Origin: Phoronis australis
Taxonomy: Eukaryota; Animalia; Phoronida
Assembly: GCA_002633005.1 (NCBI GenBank)
Contig: NMRA01000070.1
Span: forward strand, 938,369-1,002,368
DNA length: 64,000 bases
Direction of reading: 5' to 3'
The notes below the pieces were generated by a model. It was not told the origin of the DNA, made no database searches, and saw only the letters and a program-made list of their open reading frames with translations. Both the position numbers and the translations under genes were made by a program. This document shows positions 1 through 12,400 of this stretch, piece by piece. Each line of letters begins with the position of its first letter. Position 1 is the first letter of the stretch.

Positions 1-714
1 TGCATGCTTGAGCGCACTGATTGGTGCATTCGTAAATGAACTACGACAAAACCTAAAAATGTCGTAACAGATCTTTGCTTGCGTGTTGCTTCAGTGGCAG
101 TTCAACAGCTCATGCAGAAAACTGACAGTGACTAAAAATATGCAGACCACACGTTTTTCAACTTGCAAAACAGTTTACTCTACTCATAACACCTTTGAGA
201 ACTACGTATTGAGTAGTCTTGTCACTAGGATACAAGCAACAACATTTTACTCATGTAGTACCTTCTTAATCTGTTATCACGATATTTTTCTTGCCAGCTG
301 CAAGATTGGCTTTACTTTCCATTCATGAGCTGGATTCTGTTTAGTAAGGATCTCTGTACTGATTTTTCGGTAGTCTCGTTGAGTTCCTGCCATGATAACC
401 CCGCCATTCACATTTACCAGATGTAGCAGTGAACTTCCTGTCAAATCTGGGTGTGTCTCATATATGATTTAGATTATTTTTACTCACTTGGCCTAAAATG
501 CGCAGTTGTTAAAGTTGAACTTCATACGAAAGTCTCATTCCTCATTTTGTTTTTACTGAATTTTGTCTCTAAATCAGTAATCACAAAGTATTCGGTTCTC
601 CTTCGACAGCGGCATTTTAACATATTTTTATTACTGTGTATCCTGATTTCAAATTTTACAAAATGGAACAAAATATTCTACATATGTAGAATCATCACCA
701 GTGGCATGGGCTGC

Positions 715-874
715 CAGGGGCGGATCCAGGATTTGGAGTAAGGGGATTGGCGCAGGGGAGTGTATTAGCCAGGATTTTGCTTGTCTGACATTCGCACCCA
801 CGAACTTCTAAATGGAATCTGGGAGAATTTTAGGAGGAGCATATCCCTCTTGCTCCCTTCTAAATCCGCCATTG
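715..874. mobile_element. MITE, CAxxGGCGGAT-TIR family (short form, homologous to 63806-63970)
   Basis: Termini CAGGGGCGGATCCAGG...TAAATCCGCCATTG; internal sequence (tattagccagg, aatggaatct..gagaattttagg) shared with the 63806 copy; flanks gctgc/gttat would be a decayed TSD. Confidence 0.75.
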
Positions 875-1620
875 GTTATTGCGCCACCCTGAAAAGAAAG
901 CTGCGCTCGTCCTGTTTAGCTGGCTAAAAAGGTCATAAAATCTGTCGCAAAATAATCTTTACCGTGATACGTTTCTATTTCGTTAGCTGCAATGACATAC
1001 GGTAGAAACAATCCACGATTCAAAGAAACGCTCCAAATTGCTTTGTGACTGACCATTCTTAAACGTGCGCATTGATAGTGGTGCAGATAGGCATTAACTG
1101 TGACTTGAGTTTGTAACGGAGCTAGAATCCTATCATGGTATGGAGCAATTTTAACTGTTAATGCTACAGGCTTCAATTTCGCTTAATTCTACTAATTCGC
1201 TGTATGCCAATACTGGCAATCGGCGATTTCTAATAAAATGAACACGAACGTTTTTTTCTGTTTTATCACTCTAAGCAAAACTAATAACTTAAGGAACTCC
1301 ATGCTCTCCAACAATATTTCCCAAAATAAATTTCACGGCCCTGAAGTTGAATGTGTCCCTCCAAAACGCGCAAACCAACTCCATCCTACCAATCCCAAGC
1401 ATTTGCAATTACACGTGAATCACTTGAACAAAACATTTATTACAACACAAAATTTCAGGTAGAGGCGTGTGAAGCTGCATACAAGCATAAAAAGCTGTAG
1501 TTGGCTGCAGATTCCGTTAACAATAGCTTTCATGTATACATGTAGTGCACATGCATATCATATTGAAATGGGAAATCGGTAGTCGAAATTAAAAACATTT
1601 GAGATCGACGGCGTTTTGAA

Positions 1621-1623
<3 letters not shown>

Positions 1624-1665
<42 letters not shown>

Positions 1666-1679
1666 ACAAACACACACAC
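1624..1679. repeat. (CA)n microsatellite
   Basis: Visible run of ca dinucleotides with two caaa interruptions. Confidence 0.95.
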
Positions 1680-3696
1680 GTGTACGACGTCATAAATTTT
1701 GTAGCGCGACATTTGACTAATGCCCATTTTTAGTTCGTCTGTTCAGCTTATTTTTCCAAACAAACTGATATCCAGTTAAATTTAATTTCAACTGTATTCA
1801 AATTCCAGTTCCGTAGCCACTGCGAAATGCGAAACTTAATCGAACTCATAAATTCCGACGACCCTCACCTACACCACTTTGAGGGCCGTTGACCAATTCA
1901 TAACCATTTGATAACGGGAACTGTACAATTAATTATGTTAGTGTAAACAAATGAGTCAACAATGAACACTCCAAGTGTTCAGGGTTGAAACAGGAACACG
2001 GCATTAAGTGATGAACAATAAGTACACATGCCTCTACTGTCAGCAAATGTAAAACGCCTTTTACAGCTACTGCATTTGGGGTTTTAAAATAATGGATGTC
2101 ACTGGGGGTTGCTTACAAAGCGCTACAGCAAATGTTAGTAATATCGACTGGCATGCACATGTACTGTAATTGCTCGACGAGTCATTACAATCTGATAGAT
2201 TGGCACTGCCGTAAATGATTTGTCTAAGGTTCGCTGGCTAATTAACCAACACTTAAAGGGTTCATTTTGCTAATATCCCTCCCTGCATCTTAGCTATCGA
2301 TGGAGAAATGCATAAAACGAACCATGCACAGAAGCAAACGTGAAGATACAGAATGAATAATGTCTCATCGTGACTTGAGCAAATACTGGATTTCAAGCAG
2401 TATATTTTGCTACGACTTCACGTAAAAAATCTTCATGTATTTTCTGCCTTTACGAGATAGGCTTAGGGAGATAAAACCCTTTGTTACAAACTTCTCTCGT
2501 AAATGTTTGCGATGAGGATACGCTTTTATATAAAAATGATACTGTGCTTTAAAATAAGAACTTCCCTAAACAGAAAACTACCAACTCGACAAAGTCCTCA
2601 TTGCGGCATCAGACATTTACTTGCATGTTTTTCTAAGCGGTCGTTCACCAATTAACTTGTTCATTAGCGTTATTCACCTTTCCAAACTTGTTCCAGACTT
2701 TTAAGAGCTAATGACCTGTTACATGGCATTACTTTCAAACAAGTATAGTAAGTGATCTAGTCGCATTTGATGGTGGCACGTTGTTTCACAAAACGAAAAA
2801 CGAAGTTTAGTAATCATTTTAACTAGTTCAACGAACCACACGAATCATTCTTGTTCACGGTTCTGTTCTTACGCACCACAGTTTTTTCCTCAGAAACCTC
2901 AGATCATATCTTCCTCAATCATTTTTTTAAAATTAACGCTTTGAACAAATCGTAACTGCAACTCGTTGAACACTAACAAAGCTCTTGTTGTCACAGACTA
3001 TTCAGACGCAGTCGAAATGCGCTTTCTCTCATTTGTCACCTCCATCTAAAAGACTTGATTATTCACACACAAGCTCTCAAACACATTATCTCCTATTTGT
3101 TTGTTCGAGCTATTTGTATATTTTTGGCAAAAAGCATTTGCAAAATTTCCCTTGTTTATCATATCTAGTTAAGTTCTACCGTTTGACGTGGGAAGTGTTT
3201 CGTACTCGTGATCACAGGCGTCTTCTTCCGCGGTTCTGAGTCTCGGGTGAAATCTCTCACGTCCGAGGAATATAGTTCCAAGCATCAACCCACTGTATGC
3301 GTTAAAAATACTTATGTAGTATTTTCATGAATATTTGTAAAAAAGTACGACTTTCAAAGTTTCAGTGTGCTTCGATTTCGCTTTTTTTGCTCTCTAACTA
3401 TGGAATAAGTCAACCCGAAATCATAGAAGTACTATAAAACGATACTTGTTTGGGAAAAAAATAAGCCATTCACGGAAAATGAATTACGGTCAATGAAAAG
3501 GACAGAGTTAGTAAGAGCTGAATTGCAATTCATGGGGAAACAGCTACCGGTAACACTCTTAAGAAAAGAGAAGCTATCAACGCCCGTGCAGAAGGTTATG
3601 GGGGGAGATTTACAGCCCTAGTCTGGCACCATTTCTAATGAAAAGGCCTGCATGTAATTCATTTGAATTTAAAAGTGACTATCAATTTGGTTTCAG

Positions 3697-4115
3697 CTGT
3701 CTCAACAAATGTCGCAGTGCTCTTCAAAACAGTAACAACGATTAAGTCGACACCTGACGTCGCCTATGTCACAACATCCGGTTCCTGGAACGGAAATGAA
3801 CCCAGTACACTGCTGAATAAAGGGAAATTAATGCCGGCACAAGGTAAGACAACGTCATCCCATCAAAAAAAGACGAAGATGATCACATTACTAACGGGGA
3901 CGAATTTGTTTCAAAACTCGACAACATATACATTGGTGAAGTCGCGTGTGAGGGACGCTATTGCCGGATCATAACATTTAAAAAAACTAGTGAAGGCAAT
4001 TTCGAAGCGAGCTCATCGCTTTTCATCGCTGGCCGTGGGCGCATTGCATAAATACTGGCCTTTTGTTTTGTGGCTTTGTGGAGTATGTTATAAAAGTTTT
4101 TGAGCCAAACATTCT
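3697..4115 (+). pseudogene. Cassette 1 of tandem stalk-TM-tail array (degenerate)
   Basis: Homologous to cassettes 2-4 (ttggtttcag acceptor, ITLLTG..FQNST, HSYDTQQ-TGA) but with a premature TAA at 3972-3974, indels and Trp-to-TGA in the tail. Confidence 0.7.
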
Positions 4116-4420
4116 TATGACACCCAACAATGACGCGAGATTGTGTCTATCACGATAAAATCTAACTTCATTTCTGAATTTCCTAAAAATTGTTGGCTGC
4201 TCCAACAGGGCTGTGTAACCCAACTTTGCCAAGAGAACGTGTACACATGCGGCAAGAACTCTAACTGCGCGCAAAGCTTAAATTTGCTCACCATTCAGGC
4301 ACTGTTACCACAAGCAATATAACATCAATAGAGAAAAAGAACAGCAAATGCAAACTGCTTCGTGCACTTCAATCTCTTGTAGTAGAAACTGTCTGTCATA
4401 AGCGTACCGGAGTGTGGTTG

Positions 4421-4749
4421 CATAGGCGGATTTAGGGGGACAGCCCCCCCCCTTTGGCTGTGGTCAAAAATAAAACAGGAAGAGCGAACAAGAGCGTGAG
4501 AAAATATTGAGTTTATTAATCAATTAATTAACGCTGGACGAAGCGTCTGAAACAAGGTGTAGGAAGCGTGTTCCCGATTTTTTTTATTTCTTTTTTTATT
4601 CGTGCGGATGCATTACAGCAAGGAGGTCCACATTCTCTGAAGTCCAACTAGTCCTTCATTTCAGGCTACGTACGCGCATGCAGTCGTGCTTTATGCTATT
4701 GCCCGAAACAAAGTGTACCCCCCCTTATTATATCCTAGATCCGCCATTG
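4421..4749. mobile_element. MITE, CAxxGGCGGAT-TIR family with 5-bp TSD
   Basis: CATAGGCGGATTTAGG...CCTAGATCCGCCATTG flanked by direct repeat GGTTG (4416-4420, 4750-4754). It accounts for the longer spacing between cassettes 1 and 2. Same family as 39787-40762, in the opposite orientation. Confidence 0.85.
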
Positions 4750-4907
4750 GGTTGGAACACCAGTTCCGCCGTGGCTGTGCTTTTGTACGTGATTAGAATG
4801 AGATGTGTGGCGGGTAGGAGGTCAGTTTCCACGCCTTGCTTGCCTAGATAGCACTGCTATGGCAGCAATTAATTCGGCATTAAAAGTGAATATCAAATTG
4901 GTTTCAG

Positions 4908-5357
4908 GTGTCTCATCAAATGTCACAGTGTTTTTCGAAAAAGTCACAACGATTAAACCGACACTTGCAGTCGCCGATGTCACAACAACCGGGTTATGGA
5001 AGGATAATAAACCCAGTACACCGAATGAAAGGGAATTAATGTTGACACAGAGTCATGCATCGTCATCTCATAAGGAAACAAAGCAGATGCCGATTACATT
5101 ACTAACGGGGATAAAATCATTTCAAAACTCAACAGCAACAGCGATCGTGAAGCCACGTGAGGGAGAAAGTTCCGAGATGCTACTGCCGGACGCCAACATT
5201 CGGGAAACAAGTGAAGGCGAGTTGCAAGTGAACTACTCGCTTTCCATCGCTGGCGGTGGGTTCTATGCGCTGGTTCTTGTTTTTTTTTTGTTTAATGGTT
5301 TTGAGTTTACGTTATCAGAAATTTTGGGCCAAACAGTTTTATTATACTAAGGAATGA
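4908..5357 (+). pseudogene. Cassette 2 of tandem stalk-TM-tail array (frameshifted in a T-run inside the TM)
   Basis: Very similar to cassette 3; a +4-nt T-run at ~5281-5289 shifts the frame, and the conserved tail (KFWAKQFYYTKE-TGA) follows in the other frame. May be a homopolymer assembly error. Confidence 0.65.
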
Positions 5358-5824
5358 CGCATTCATGTGTCCAAGTCGTAAAAATGCTAACGCTTTCAAA
5401 TAAACGGTCGCTTGTTACAACACAGAGTGGAACCCACATTTACCAAAGGCACGTGCCCTCACCACACACAGCAGAAACTCGTACCGCGCGCAAAATATCA
5501 CAGGTAGTCCCAACTTTCTCACCACAGACGCAAGAACTCTTGCCATATGCAATTTTGTTTCAATAGATTAAAAGAACAGCAAATATAAACTGCGTCGCAC
5601 ATTTCGGTCACGTGCACTGTAAATTGTTTGTGGTAAGATTTTCGGAGTGTATTTGGAACTTAAGTTTCGTGATGTGTTCGTGCGTGGTTAGAATGCGGTG
5701 TATTGGTTTCCATTCCGTCATTATATTAGCAGTTGTATGTACATGTCCATGTACATGTACAGGGTGATAAACCAACCCTGTGCAATCCATGTTGCATTAA
5801 CAACGGATATGAAATTGGTTTCAG

Positions 5825-6270
5825 GTGTCTTGTCAAATGGCACAGTGTTTTTCGATAAAGACACAACGATTGAACCGACACTTGCCGTCGCCAATGTCAC
5901 AACAACCGGTTTCTGGAAGGAAAATAAACCCAGCACACCAAGCGAAGGGGAATTAATGTCGACACAGAGTCATGCATCTCCATCTCTTAAGAAAACAAAG
6001 CAGATGCCGATTACATTACTAACGGGGTTAAATTCATTTCAAAACTCAACAACAAAATCAATCGTGGATCCACGTGACAGAGAAAGTTCCGAGAAGCTAT
6101 TGCAGGACGCCAACATCAGGAAAACTAGTGAAGAAGAGTTGCAAGTGAACTATTCGCTTTCCATCGCTGGCGGTGGGTTCATTGCGCTGGTTCTTGTTAT
6201 TTGTTTAGTGGCTTTGAGTATTAGTTATCAGAAATTTTGGGCCAAACATTCTTATTACGCTAAGGAGTGA
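5825..6270 (+). CDS. Cassette 3: Ser/Thr-rich ectodomain + single TM + short tail (KFWAKHSYYAKE); terminal exon or intronless type III membrane protein
   Basis: Open frame conserved across paralogs; NGT/NST/NYS sequons; hydrophobic segment IAGGGFIALVLVICLVALSI; tttcag acceptor at 5824; alternative in-frame ATG at 5809 (MKLVSG). Confidence 0.65.
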
Positions 6271-6731
6271 CGCGTTTATGTGTCCAAGTTGTAAAAATGC
6301 TAACGCTTTCAAATAAACGGTCGGTTGTTACAACACAGAGTGGAACCCACATTTACCAAAGGCACGTGTCCTCGCCACACACTGCAGAAACTCGTACCGC
6401 GCACAAAAAATCTCAGGTAGCTCCAACTTTCTCACCACAGACGCACAAACTCTTACCACATGTAATTTTGTTTCAATAGATTTTAGGAACAGCAAATATA
6501 TACTGCGTCGCACATTTCGGTCACGTGCACTTTAAATTGTATGTGGTAAGATTTTCACAGTTTATTTGGAACTTAAGTTTCGTGATGTTTTCGTGCATGG
6601 TTAGAGTGCGGTGTATTGGTTTCCACTCCGTCATTATATTAGCAGTTGGATGTTCATGTCCATGTACAGGGTGATAAACCAACCCCGTGCAATCCATTTT
6701 GCATTAACAACGGATATGAAATTGGTTTCAG

Positions 6732-7183
6732 GTGTCTCGTCAAATGGCACAGTGCTTTTCGAAAAAGACACAACGATTAAACCTACACTTTCCACCGCCG
6801 ATGTCGCAACAACTGAGTTTGTGAAGGATGCTGAACTCAGCTCACTGCACGAAAAGGAATTAATACCGACACAGCGTCAGACAACGCCACTTAATGCAAA
6901 ACCACCAAAGTCGAAGTTATTCACATTTCTAACGGGGGAAGCTTCATTTCAAAAATCATCAAGAAAAACAACCTTGTCGTCACCCTTGGAAAAAAATGAC
7001 GAGAAGCAATCCCCGGATGACAAAATCCGAAAAACTATCGACGGGGAGTTAGAAGCGAACTCCTGGCTTTCCATTGCTGTTGGTGGGTGCATTGGACTGG
7101 TGTTTATTGTATGTTTGGTGGTTTTGAGTATAAAATGTCACAAGAAATTTTGGGCCAAACATTCTTATTACACTCAAGAGTGA
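6732..7183 (+). CDS. Cassette 4: Ser/Thr-rich ectodomain + single TM + short tail (KKFWAKHSYYTQE)
   Basis: Frame intact despite divergence from cassette 3; TM IAVGGCIGLVFIVCLVVLSI; tttcag acceptor at 6731; stop codon at the same position as in the other cassettes. Confidence 0.65.
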
Positions 7184-9418
7184 CGCGGTTACTGAATGTG
7201 TCCATCGTTATGAAGTGTTATTATTTGCAAGTAAATTGCTCGTTGCTTAAACAGGTATTGGAAAACCAGCTTTTACCAAGAGAACAAAATCTCTCACAAC
7301 GCTCAAAAACATTGCTCGAACTGGCACATAAGCAATCTACCATCACCACGTGCATCGGAGAAGACCAAAAGTACATGTACCACAGGAAGTGAGTCACCCA
7401 CTTTGGTCACGTGCACTAGAAATTGTGTACGGTAAGAGTACGATAGTGTTGTTGGAAATCATGTTTCACGGCAAGCACAATAGATGGCGATGTGATCTGG
7501 TAAGATGCTTGCTTCCACTACCTGCTTACATTGACGGGGCGAACATGTTCAGAGTCTATGCGTGCTTGCAAACAAGTCATACTGCATCGATGTACACAAA
7601 ATTTCGTGACAGTGGCAACCGTTCGGTAATTTATTGTTCTGTGTGCATATTCATTAACACGTGGTTCATTAAGAAAGTGCCGTCGCTATATTCATGTGTC
7701 AGTGGCACAGAAATTTTCAGTGCCACAAAGGACTTCCTTTTCACATTAGGTTCTAACTGCGGCCATGTTTACATTGTGTACAGTACATGTACATGTACAG
7801 TGTAGTTGCATGGTATACATATTATCAGTCATCGAAATCAGTTAATTCGCACACGGATAATAAAAGGCCAAATGTCGACAAAATATTTAATCTTTCGGCA
7901 AGCGTTGTAACCCTCCAACAACTTCACATGAATGTCTGAGGTACAAAATCAAGGACCTCAACAGAGTCACATTTCGTCCTGTTTAGCTGGCTAAAAACGA
8001 AAATCAATATAGGCCTTTTTCTCTGATAAATTCGATTTTAAAATGTTCTTCCGTAGGAAGGACTGTTACCAATGTGATCATCGAAACCATCACTGACTCA
8101 AAAAATTCTTAAAATGTTTTGGGGTTGCAGTAACAGTATTCGAATTTGTAACATGTATGTCTTTTCTATGACTTGAATTGCCGACTACCTCGTTGGGCAC
8201 CATTGCATGACGAGGTAATGTTTGTACCCCAAAGTGTCGGTTAAAAGATCAACTATGACAGCCAAAGAACGGCGAGGTTATGCAGGATACTAGAAAAATA
8301 TCCAAATTTGTTAGACCATATCTGAGAAATGGCTGGTCGGATTCTTAATGCAATCTCCAGGTGTTATGCAGGAATTGTTTTCTAAATATCTCACTTTTGC
8401 GCGAGGGCCATCAAAAATAGGAGATAAATGATTTTTATGAAAAATTCATAAGTACAACTTCACAAAAGAAAACGAAATGAAATTCGAGAACCTGTAGCAA
8501 TGTTACGAGATCTCAAATTAAACATTTATATCAAATTAAATTAAGTTAATTTCTGATACCCTTCTTTTGCCATCGAACTGCCTCCTAAAAATACCTAGTT
8601 ACACCCAATCGAAGGTATATTGATAAAAATCCAATCTCGGAATTTTACGACTTTTGTTGAGTTAAATCTTAAGTCTTGTATGTGTTTGCCTAAATATACA
8701 CACTTGTAAATACTGTCTTGCACAACATTCAATAATTTAACTAGTTCTTGTTTGAGAATTAAAAAGTGTCGATAAGTTGTGTTTTTGTGATTGTTAGAAG
8801 ACCTTAAAGTTTCACTGAACACGACCATCGCTTAGAGTCTGGCATACCAGGCGGGATTGTTCAAACTAGCAACTGGTTGCGAAAGTATGACATTTATACC
8901 AGGTCAATTCTGGGCTGAGATCGCGTTTCCGCTAACATGAACCTTCTCGCCTGGTCTATCTATAGGCTGAGAGGAAGCGAATATCGTGTTCAACAAGTTT
9001 GTTTTTGTGTATGGTTTTGTATGCGTATAGGTTTAAGTTTGTGTACAATATTTTATATACAATCCTAAAACTTCCCACAGTTCCAAAGGAAAAGGATACA
9101 AAAATCGACTCTATCCTACTACCTTGTAGGAACAAATAAACACCGGTGTGTAGAAACGGTAGTACATTTACATTTACTCTCTCTGGCTTTATGACATGTA
9201 CACTCGAGCCTATCAACAATTAAATTTATTGTGCGGGTGTTTCTGCACCTCAACGTGGCGAGTTGTTCAAACTACAACGACACATTTTGAGGACAATGTT
9301 ACAGAACATTATTTAATGCACAAGTATCCATGCATAAAGTTCAGCCAGTGCTTCTCAGTTATTCAACCAAACACTGAAATGCCATCAATTTGTGCGTGCG
9401 AACACTAAATGCTCTTGA

Positions 9419-12400
9419 TTATTTTCTTATGTCACCGCCAGGGAACCTCAGTGCCTTCCATCTTTCAACGTCCATTGAGACTTGTATCTGGCTATAGTGT
9501 GTTACACAGACCATGAACGTTACCAGCCCATCTGAAAAGCAATGCGAATTTTATCGCACTTCATACGTCGCATAACAACGACTGGCGGTATACGCCATTC
9601 CTCATCGAAAGTATGGATTTCATTAAACCAATACAAAAACAAAACAGGTGGAAATTCACCACTGCAATGAAACTGTATCTTAGAACAGCATGATTCAGCT
9701 GCTGTTGGCATCGTCCTCGAGTTTTGACGGAATCGAAATTACAAAACCTTAACAACGTCAGACAAATGATTAAAGGTTGACTTAACTTTTTGCATTTTGA
9801 TCAATTATAGTTCAAAAATAACACAAGCTACGTAATTGTGTCGATCAACTTTAGCGTTTTATATTTTCACCACTTAACTGTACATGTTCAAAACTTAAAA
9901 AAAATGCTCCCCACTACCTGGTGATTATGTACTGCCTGTCTCGAGTTTTCCACCCCGGATTCGACAGCAGTGGGGCCCTTTCTAACGACTACCGACAAAA
10001 AAATCTTGGTCTGAGATGTACCTGAAATCGTCCTGTTGATATATATGTAGCCCCCTGTCCCACCGACGAGGAAATACAGACATCCAAAGGTACCAAACCA
10101 GAGAAAGGGTATAGAACAAAAAGCAGTCACTCGTCGTTCCATAGGAGTTGGGGTAGGAGCCTACAAGTAAACACAAATGTTACACATAAGTTTGATCTTT
10201 TGTTCACATGTCGATGTCAGAGATAAATGATGTCCGTGAAAACGATTTTCAAGTAAAGTGTTTAATAATTGTGATACAGGTAGAAACGATCGAAGCAAGT
10301 TAGCAGAGTGCGTATTCTCCGTTTAAATCGCATGCTCATATTATTATTTTAAAGGCAGTAGAGTGATATTGCTGCTGAGCACCATGCTCCAAAAAATACT
10401 TTTAGCAACACGCCAGGTATGAAACGTGTTAATCAAAGTTGGAAAATACTAGTTGGGCTCACGTGACGTCCAAGCGGGACAGCACAATGCACAGTCGTGA
10501 AGTCTGTGCAATCCACTTACACGGCTGCAATTGCGGGTTTAAGCGAACGAATTGGACGTTCGGCTTCCACGCGGAGAATCCCGGGTCAAGTCCCGGTGTT
10601 GGCATGTTTTTCAATAATATACTAATGTTTTTGATACTTCTGTAACCAATAGCGTTAGTAGACGTAGCCTACAGTACAAACCAATCACCCTCACTAAATT
10701 CTTACGTTCATTCTACGAATCGATATGACATAGGTCCTAACTCCTTCCAAGAACATGGCAACAAAGTTGGACACTATCCACACTACAAGGCTGTACTCCG
10801 CTCCGTGGAAATAGCAGACGTACGCAAAACATGCAAACGAGGCAATCTGTTTTCGCAGAATGCCCTTAGTAGAGCCACCTAGCGGCAGGTAGATATACCT
10901 GTAAAAGCAAGACGATTTAATTGAAATTAATTTAATTTTGTTTACTTTAAATTGATTTTTTTGTAATTACAACATGGAATATTATAGCTATTACGATAAC
11001 CCCTTCAATGATAAACAATTTATCGGGTGTAATCAATACCATTCGATTATCGAAGCCCGGAAGTGTCGGGGCGTTTTAACCCTCTGACAGGTGCATGACT
11101 GATACTTGCGCCCCAGCTAAGGATTTACATGTAAGTTTTAACCACATGGTTCTAGTCTCCAAAACCGACATATCGGTATCAGAAACAATCCGGTCAACGG
11201 AGGAGTTAAAGAAATAGAGCATAAGTACGTTTTGCCAAAAGACAATTCTGCAGATCGGAACCCGAATTGCTACACATTTTTTACAAACCATGCACAGTAT
11301 GTTGTTACGTTGAGTTTCATTCTTTATTGTCGAATGTTGTTTTGATTTGGTTTTGATTTTGCATTGTGGAAAAAAATGGCATAGGGAATTTGATTTCTCT
11401 TAATCACCGCAACTATAGTATAACATTTGACATAACTAATTATTATAACTGAACTCGATAAGAACTCAGTTCCATTTAGAATAGTAAAATGTGAATCTTA
11501 CCTCTTTAGATAGTTGTAAAGACCTCTATCAAAATACCTGTAGATTAGATAAAATTTCAGACTAAAACATTGAGTGATGGAATAGGACCATTACTAAAGG
11601 TTACAACGGAAATTAATTACATCAACATCAACTATCCACTCAAATGGAATATTCGCGTTGTATATGTTTCTTTCTGCAATGAAATAATGACCGTTTTCAT
11701 CTGGATCCATAGTTCTAAGTCAATGTGCGCAGTTAACCATTATGGTCGAACCATTTGCAGTCACAGCATGGCGGCTTCCGGGTAGTTAGAAGAAAACTGA
11801 GAGGTTTCTCTGACCAAACCAGTTATTCCCAAAATAGTCAACAAAGTGCAGCAAAATATTAACAAAATGAGCAATATAGAACTGCACTGTTTTAATGATA
11901 CGAGATCATGGTTTACTAAGTGAGCCAAAGGTATAATCAGACGGCATTCAATCGCTTGGTTCAACCCATTCCGCTGCGTGTGTTAAACCATACAGTAGTT
12001 CGTGAAGTGAAGAATGTCAATATGTACCATTAACTTACTTCCATAGATGAGAATATAGGTAAATGTACGCGACACATTGCGGCTGTTCCGGTGGGTCGAA
12101 ATCGTCTATCCTAGCAAGCATGGCCGTCGTACCAAACACAACCACGTATTTGACCATGAAGTACTGAGCTGTCATTATCCCTACTCCAGCTAACACCCAG
12201 ATGGAGCACGCGCGCAAAATGCGCGGATTTTGTGTTATGGCGTCTACATACACGATATGGAGTGTAAGTTCATAAAACAGTGCCCAGAAAACCAAACGGA
12301 CGCAGGTAACGCTGTAGGACAGTATGCGCTGTCGGCTCCATGGTTTTGGTGTGCGATTTATCTGAAACGTGGAAATTATCAATTCTTCTTCAAAATTATA

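Noticed and set aside
5693-5767. Signal-peptide-like mini-ORF MRCIGFHSVIILAVVC upstream of cassette 3
   Set aside because: Available donors give phase 0 or 2, incompatible with the phase-1 acceptor; no equivalent before cassette 2.
5354-6479. Paired 70-aa ORFs (MTHSCVQVVK.../MTRLCVQVVK...) after cassettes 2 and 3
   Set aside because: Not conserved in frame in cassettes 1 and 4; explained by recent duplication of probable 3'-UTR sequence.
8956-9219. Minus-strand ORF as the last HHAT exon
   Set aside because: Exon 9531-9419 has a canonical acceptor, the correct phase and better similarity to the HHAT C-terminus.
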